Shown here in pieces: positions 55,985-64,000 of a stretch of 64,000 nucleotides of DNA. Source of the stretch: Lama glama (Eukaryota); the NCBI GenBank assembly GCA_028534125.1, contig CM052816.1, forward strand, positions 42,038,001-42,102,000. The letters are read 5' to 3'. The translations under genes were made by a program, and so were the position numbers. A model generated the notes under the pieces. The model was not told the DNA's origin and did not search any database. It saw only the letters and a program-made list of their open reading frames with translations. How positions within the stretch are numbered: position 1 is the stretch's first letter; every line of letters begins with the position of its first letter.

Positions 55985-56370
55985 GTACTTCTGGGATCAC
56001 AGCTTTCCAGTACATAATACAAGAAGAAAAAGAGGACCTCCTTTCCATCCTCCATATGAAAGTCCCAGAGCACAATTCTAGGTGGTAGACTTGGCCAATG
56101 TGTTCACCCTGGGCCAATCACTGTAGCCAGAAAGTTTTGGTGTTGTGATTGGCCAGATGGAAGTTATGTAGCCAACCTCTACTTGAAAGTGGGAGGAGGG
56201 TGTTAGCTTTATGACTTGCAGCCACATTATTATTTCAGTGTCTTCAGTAAGAAAAGAGCAACTCCCCAAAGGAAGGGTGGAGTTGAGGTCCCCATAATAA
56301 AGGAAGAAAGGGTGTTTAGCATAATCACCATGCCTTTCAGCAGGCAGAAAGCAAGAACAGAATAGGCACT
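55985..56370. mobile_element. Old MaLR LTR remnant (MLT1K/L-like)
   Basis: ccaatcactgtagccag...tgtgattggccag motif pair typical of old MLT1 LTRs. Confidence 0.55.
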
Positions 56371-56539
56371 GACAATCCATATTTTCCCATTCTGCATATT
56401 ATCTCTTTGTGGTTCATGCATTTAAGCATCACTCAATATTTAAAAGCAAGTATCATTGTTGAATTAGTTAATTTAGACAAAATAATATGAATACAGCTTG
56501 TAATAGACAGGGGTAAGGTTATAAAAACAAGGTAACTTC

Positions 56540-56905
56540 TTTCTAACTTTTTACTTTGAAGTAATTTTAGATTTCCAAAAAGATGCAAATAGAGTACATA
56601 GAACTCTTATATGCCCTTCACTTAACTTTCCCAAAGGTTTACATTTTATAGATCTGTAGTGTAATTAGCTAAACCAGGATATAAATATTGATACAATACT
56701 ATTATCTATGCTGTAGACCTTCTTCAAATTTTCCCATGATTAGATTGGAGTTATGCAATTTTTAGTAAGAAATGATGTCATTATCGTCGTCACTCCTTGT
56801 AGCAGGAGGTATAAGCTATCCCTATGCCTAATCACTAGTGATGCTCTCTCTGATCACTTGGGTAGGTGGCATTGGCCAGGCTATTATCCACTATAAAGTT
56901 ATTAC
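56540..56905 (-). mobile_element. L1MC-like 3' fragment
   Basis: tactttgaagtaattttagattt...gcccttcac...aaccagga...attgatacaatact. Confidence 0.7.
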
Positions 56906-57649
56906 TTGAGAAAGACTATTTCAATGTAAAAATAATTGTTGAAGTCATGATAAGAACCACAGCGTATTAATAATATCCAAATTTATATTTTTTGAAGACA
57001 ATGAAAATAATTTTACTTCCCTGGACACTTATATTTCTGATCATTATTTATTACTCCACATGTCAGAAAGATTGCTTCCAGTCTCACTGACTGTATTTCT
57101 TGCTTTTCACATCTGGGATCAGGATTGGCCCACTCTTGTAACCACAATTAGAGACAATTATTTATGACCCGCATTTCCTTGCCTGTTTACAGCAGCTTCA
57201 ATGCAATCCTTCAAGGATTACATCTGTTTAAACAATAAGCAAATCAATTCCAGCATTCACTGGAGGGAGATGAGAAGCAAAGCAAAAGTTAGGTTCAGTC
57301 CATTGTTGTTTACCCCTCAGTGGCCCTGCTAGAAAGCAAGCCAGAGGATGACCCATTCTACACCTGATGCTGGGGATGAAGAAGGGTCTTAAATTGCTTC
57401 CCACCCTAGCACAGATGACTCAGCTCTCAGCTGCACTAATATCTGGACTTCTGCATACCACGTGACAAGGTCTTTCTGCTATCCTTTTGAACAGTCACTG
57501 GCAAGGTAAATTTGTAACTAGTTCTAAATCATACTGACTATTAAATAAATTAACTTGTAGGGAAGTTTCTGGTGACTTTATCTTCTCTCCTGTAGGTAGG
57601 TAGGTAGGTATATATGTATGGAAGTATGTATTTAAATCTTTTTAAATAA

Positions 57650-58620
57650 CTTGAATGAAGATATCAATGGTAAAGTGACTACATCTGTATACAGCACAAA
57701 GCTAGGAGCAAATCAATGGATAATAAAATCAAGATTCCAAACATCCTGAAAAGCTGAAAAAAATTCCTTTTTCAATAGGGAAAAACATAATCATACACTT
57801 ACCCCCTGCCCTATACACACAGAGAACAAAAACACAAAAATCTGTGCAATGTGGAAGGATGGAAATGTGACTTAATAGTTGCACATGTGACTACAAATAG
57901 AGATACTAATAAACTATTAATTTAATAAGAAAAAAGTAAAGCTAACTCAGTTTTAGGCCACAGTGGCAGAAGGATAGATTCCAAAAAGAGGTGAAATTCT
58001 TGCTCTAATCAACAGAGGTTTGGCTACCTATTCTACGTTTAATTCTGGGTGCCATATTTTTAAAAGCATGTTAAAAAGATCCTGTTCAGGCCAGAGTAAC
58101 CAGGATGGAAAAATCATTAAAAAGATTGGGGATGATGAACCTAGAGTAGAAAAAAGTTAGACAAGACATAATAATCTGTCTTCAAAGTCAGAAGAGCTGT
58201 CATACACAGAAGAGATTCAGACTTACTAGTGTGGTGTTATAGGGCAAAATCAGCATGACTGGAGGCAGATAATGAAGGGAAATTTATGTCATTAAGAGGG
58301 AGAACTTTGTAACCATTTGAGCCAAGCCAAACCAAAGAATGGGTTGTTTGGGGAGACCTTGAATTATCTAACCACTTAATAGGCATATTCCTGAGGAGTG
58401 TCATGAATTTAGGGAGGTGTTAACTAGATCAATGCTTCATTTAATCGCATGTGAATCAACATGGACTCATCAGAAAAGCTACCAATTAAGAATAGTAGTC
58501 TGGGGTAAGGGCTGAGAGACCTGAATTTCTAACAAGCTCCAAAGTGATGCCTATCATGTGGCATGTGGACCACACTTTGAGAAGCAAAGAACCAGATAAT
58601 TAGTAAGGTCACTTTTCAAT
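57650..58620 (+). mobile_element. CR1/L3 LINE 3' remnant
   Basis: aattctgggtgccatattttt, gagtaaccaggatgg, ctgtcttcaaa...gagctgtcat, and a tail like aaggtcacttttcaatactaagagtctgtaatt. Confidence 0.65.
58428..58590 (+). mobile_element. MER5A-like DNA transposon nested in CR1/L3
   Basis: agtctggggtaagggctgaga...ctgaatttctaacaagctcc...ggaccacactttgagaagca. Confidence 0.75.
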
Positions 58621-60264
58621 ACTAAGAGTCTGTAATTTTTACAGAAAAAAATACACCTCAAGAACAGAGAAAGCAGTTATATACTGTGTTTTCCAAATGA
58701 AAATGGCAGCGTTTGAGAGCACAGAGGAAGCAGGCGCACTGCGTGGAAACAGAAGCAGCCATATTCCAGAACTTACTCAGTAAATGAATATTTTAAAAGA
58801 ACCTGTTCTGAAGAAAGAAAAATTGTTAATACATACTTGTATATGTATTACATTTAATTATCCACTTTCAGTAAAAGTGACCAATCATGTTCAATAATTG
58901 GAATGAATAGCACTTATTTCTTCAATTTCAATAATTCAATTCTATTTTAAATTCAAGACTTTAAGTGTTTGTCTAGTTCATTCAGCAAAAGTCCTTCATA
59001 ACTATGCACACACTCCAGAGCCTTTCAGTGCACAGGCTTTGCTTTGTCACTCTCTTAACTCCCTTTCTATAGATTAGAGCTTCCCAACTGGTAGAATCAT
59101 AGATGGCCCTCAAGATACTTGGTCCTCTCATTCTTTTGGAAGGCCAAGCAAATAGCTTGATGCTGGGCTCCTGGGAAGAGCCCCAGCCAGATTGGCAACT
59201 AGCCAATCATGATTAGTGAGTAATACCTAGCACTCATTGGTCTGGCCTTGAGGTAGTGAGCTCAACCAAGTGTCTATCATCTTGATATCTAAATCAGCAA
59301 CTTGCTGTGAGCATTTTCCTTTTCATCATAGGAGAAGGATCTATGGATCTGATGAAGAAGTTCATGTCCTAAGTGCTTAATTAGCATAGCATGCCCACCA
59401 AAATTAGGCCATGGAAGGATAGAAAATGGGAAAGAAAGAGGCTTTTGGCAGGTGTATCTTTACATGATGACCCCAGTATCATTCTTCTCATACAGTGAAT
59501 ACTTTTATCTATTTGTGGCAAAGTAGGTGCATAGTAACATCTCTAAAAGGCATGTGTATTTTTCAATTTAGAATTTCAACATGATTTTTATAATACTTGA
59601 CATATAAAAATTTAGGTAAATTCTAAACCTATAGCCTCCTTTTATGAAATTCCAATGGTAAATTTGGTGAGGAACTAAAAGGAAGAGTTGCAATATTTAA
59701 AATCAAAAGTCACAAATTTTTTAATGGTTGTAAAAGTTGTTTCAAAATTTTTATCCTCTGTTCAAATAAAATTTTTCATTGATAGAGCTATCAAGAATTT
59801 GAAAAGACTAAAATTAAAATGTTTTGCTTAGATATACTTCCATAGATAAAACCTGAGATAAAAAGTTATATTAATGGAAGTATATTCATAATTCTCAATT
59901 TAATGTTACCTATATTTAATTTTAACATATTGCCCCAAATATTGTATTATATTTTCTTGTCAAAATTGTATCATATAAAGAAAATGTAATGAATCTCTTT
60001 ACCATATCCCATATAGATATTCCCAAATTTCTTCCAGTTTACCCCAGTGTGTCATACAAAAATAACAATAGGTAGATTTTCATCTATAATATGTTCTATT
60101 ACCAAATACCTTCTAGTATAATTACATACTAATTACATACTTATCTTAGTATATAGTTACTGTTACCCAAAGGAAACAGGGAAGTCTACATAGTAACGAG
60201 AAAATGTTAAACCTAAAATATTTTCTCACTCCTTCTCCCATGCCTCTGGAAAATACTGCAATAT

Positions 60265-60400
60265 TCTGGAGGGCTGGCAACACTCCTTTTCTTGACTTGA
60301 ATGGTTATACAGTGTTCACTTTGTGATAAATCATTGAGGACGTGGTTTTGTGCACTTTAATGTACATCTTTTATTTCATAGTAACAAAGGTTTAAATTTT
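60265..60400 (+). mobile_element. L1ME-like 3' terminal fragment
   Basis: ttctggagggctggcaa...tgttcactttgtgataaatcattgag...tgtgcacttt. Confidence 0.65.
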
Positions 60401-61909
60401 TTATTTTCTAAGACTACAGAGATATTGTGATCTATAGATCTCTGAATATATTCTTACTTCCTGTTCATAGTACCCTTGCTTTGTTTACTCTCCAAGAAAA
60501 CTTAATAAATGATTAACTGTATTACTGGGCAGTTGGGAGCAGTTATGAAAGGAGGGACACTCACTTGATAATTTAGAATAGAAACACAGTTCTCTGTTTC
60601 TGAATTAGCCTGTTTTCTATATAAGTTAATCAGATGAATCAAATGCTATCAAAGCTGACTTAAGGGTGATACTGGCTCTTCAAATTCATGTTATAAAATA
60701 CAACACTGTTGGGCCTGGAAGTTATTACTATGACCCTAATATAGCAGGATAGGGGTAGCCCTTGATATAACAAATTAAGATGGATTTTACATCTATTTGC
60801 ACCCCTAGCTCTGGCAAATATTCATTTCTTCTGCATCCCCAAAATCGTGGCAAGTAAGATTCTTCGGATAAAATGAAGGCAATTTCAGAATAAATTACCA
60901 ATATACATATTGTTTGGATGGGAATATTATCTTTTTACTGTGATAATTTAGTTTGCCTTATTAAATATACTTTGTTTATATTTATATATAAATATATATC
61001 AACCAAATGTTAATCCAGGTATATGGTTAATGAGACACTGCTAACATTCATTGCTAACATTCTGTCAAACTGATTTACTTGAACAATATAAGAAAGGGCA
61101 AACACATTCCTGCCCTAACCGTATCTACCATTATTAAACATTTGCCACCAGTTTCTTTTGCTTTGTGAACACACAGTTAACATCTATCTGCTGTGAAAAT
61201 GAAACACCCTACGAGCCTGAGGCCATAACTCAGGCTGAAGCACAAAAGGAAAAGAAGACAGCTCAACCAGCTGTCAACACTTACACATGTGAATTTTCAG
61301 AGCCAACAGAAGAACAACCAATCTGAGCCCATTCTACAGCATCTCATGTGAGAGTTACTCATAGACTTAACTGCATCACATGGCTTATTAATGTCAGCTT
61401 TTGTTTTTGTTAGGAAGCTTTATGTTTAAAGAAATTATCAGTCTACTTCACATTACTGCAAACATGGAGGCAAATGAAGAATTGACACAATTTAGCCTCA
61501 TCCTGCACCAAACCTCCGTCTCATTTGCTTCCTGTAAAGAGTTACCTCTTGCTTCCTTTTTCCACAAGCTCATGCTTTGTTCCCACTCATATCCCTGTTT
61601 TTTCTTTTCTAGAATAGGCTGCGCCCCCCGGCGGTTGGGAGCTTTAGAAAAAAACAAAAACAAATCTTTCACAGGCAAGACATTTAATTCCCTACAATTT
61701 TGCTTTTGGGCTGAGTCCATCACGTTCCCGCGAGCTCAGTCTCAAGTAGTTACGATTATAACCTAACCATACTTCTCCCCTGCGGTCAATTTCCCTATTT
61801 AAAAGAGGGTAAAAGGGTAAAGACACCAGTCAAAATAGAAATAGTTTGGTTCTGGCCAGCTGCAGAGGGGCGGCAGTCCTTGTAGCTCGGAAGGGCAGCT
61901 CCAGCGTAT

Positions 61910-61935
61910 GACGCTGTCCATATCTCGGTGCTGAA
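61910..61935 (-). promoter_or_regulatory. Non-canonical (spacer-expanded) RE1/NRSE REST site
   Basis: Minus strand reads TTCAGCACC-gagatat-GGACAGCGTC: perfect left half, 9/10 right half, 7-bp instead of 2-bp spacer. Confidence 0.7.
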
Positions 61936-62035
61936 TACTACACACGCTGTCATTTCCCGCCAGGTTTAACCAACCCCTCAGGATCAGAATAGGATCAGTC
62001 ACAGCACGCTAAACCCCTTTCTCTTTTCTGGGACT

Positions 62036-62044
62036 GGGGCGGGG
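62036..62044 (+). promoter_or_regulatory. GC box (Sp/KLF)
   Basis: GGGGCGGGG about 1.2 kb upstream of the ATG. Confidence 0.45.
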
Positions 62045-62972
62045 GGAGTGGGGAGAAGATAATTTAGACGTCTGCTGATTCTCTTACCATGGGAAAATAT
62101 TCTTCTACAAAAATAAATTGTGCATTTTATGGGAAAATAATGGCATACCTTCAGCTCCTCACCAAAGTGAAGCGCTCTACTGAAGAAAGAATTGAAAGTT
62201 CAGAATAAATGAAACCTGCTCTTTCTTTCCCTGAGTCAACACAACAGCATTTGAGGTACCTACACTCCCTGATGATAAAGCAAATAATTTTGTTTTTTAA
62301 AAATCATGTAAATAAAAAAATGAAAAATAAGTCACGTGATTAATCTTTTTTTCTGATAAGTACAATAAAGGGATGACAGTGGGATAGAATCTGGGATAGA
62401 ATTCTACATATTGTTTTACTGAGACTGAGAAACAGAAAAGAGAAGGAAGTAAACTTGTTAACAAAGGTGATTTAAATGGTCTAAAATGCGTTTTTAGAAG
62501 TATTGCTTTAACATCGTCTTCCAGATGTGTTCACTTCCCCAAGAAATTTAGATCAAAATCTGGGCAACAGAAGCTTCCCTTCTTCCCTCTGCCCTCCTAG
62601 CCTCTGTCCAATTTGAAAGACTTAAAAACTCTGTTCTTCATTGCAGGTGTTGATATCCACAGGGGTCGTTATAAGATTGGTCTCCCTCCCTCTACACATG
62701 AGACAATGAAGTAAAGATAAAGAAAACGGACAGAAGGGAAGGAAAGTGTGTTGCACTCCCAATCTTTGATTCTTGGTAGTTACATTCAAATGGGGCACTT
62801 CTCTTTGAAAAGTGAAGATGTTTCCCACGGCTACAGAATTTACAGTCAGACAGGGAGCTGACTTAACCGATCCCAGCAAACGTTTCCTTCCTTTTCTTAA
62901 TCCCTCGCTGCTTATTTTAGCCGCTTCTCTACCCCGCCGGGAATACCATCCAGATCTTAGTCCAGGTAGATC

Positions 62973-62980
62973 TGACGTCA
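62973..62980. promoter_or_regulatory. CRE-1 (perfect palindromic cAMP response element)
   Basis: TGACGTCA. The PCSK1 proximal promoter is known to carry a tandem CRE pair. Confidence 0.92.
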
Positions 62981-63000
62981 AGAGATGGCTTTCGTCGATT

Positions 63001-63008
63001 TGACGTGT
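63001..63008 (+). promoter_or_regulatory. CRE-2 (variant cAMP response element)
   Basis: TGACGTGT, exactly 20 bp downstream of CRE-1, matching the described PC1/3 promoter layout. Confidence 0.88.
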
Positions 63009-63222
63009 AAACACTCATTTCCATTCCGACTCGGAAGGGCTGGGGCTCCACTCAGCCGGGAGACCGAAGCGCTGCACTAAGCGCTCGTTGCTTTCCAGTC
63101 TCTCCTGCGCGTCTCTATCTCGTCGCAGAGCAAGCGGGAGCGAGAAGTGGTCCAGAGCCCAAAGGAGGAAGGGGCTTTTCTATATTGCTCCTTGTTCCCC
63201 TCTCCTTCCCACTTGTGTGTGA

Positions 63223-64000
<778 letters not shown>

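Noticed and set aside
5436..61062. Scattered 10-16 bp tandem duplications (e.g. about 5436, 10868, 12826, 60119, 61039)
   Set aside because: Ordinary slippage products in AT-rich DNA; no repeat-spacer periodicity and nothing CRISPR-like.
61855..61876. Possible CTCF site (gctgcagaggggcggcag)
   Set aside because: Register does not fit the CCASYAGRKGGC core well; better read as a GC box.
1277..62002. Remaining 60-145 aa ORFs in the supplied track
   Set aside because: Low-complexity or repeat-derived, many with non-ATG starts, with no recognisable domains or supporting exon structure.

Overview
AT-rich mammalian DNA, very probably camelid (two Vic-1-like tRNA-derived SINEs and a recurrent young L1 3'UTR). 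The window is about 63 kb of repeat-rich intergenic sequence upstream of PCSK1 (prohormone convertase 1/3, + strand). It ends with the PCSK1 CpG-rich promoter (tandem CREs), coding exon 1 (63238-63417) and the start of intron 1. The rest is L1 of several ages, L2, CR1/L3, MIR, MaLR LTRs, MER DNA transposons, microsatellites and a 500-N assembly gap (24034-24533). No other protein-coding gene, rRNA, tRNA gene or CRISPR is supported. Best leads: (1) a spacer-expanded REST/RE1 silencer 1.3 kb upstream of the PCSK1 ATG; (2) a speculative, degraded minus-strand frame at about 8.7-9.2 kb whose residue spacing resembles the Mononegavirales nucleoprotein core (possible endogenous viral element, identified only by eye); (3) a candidate neuroendocrine enhancer at about 57.1-57.5 kb; (4) several clear retrotransposition scars. 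Repeat family names come from recalled consensus similarity and their boundaries are approximate.
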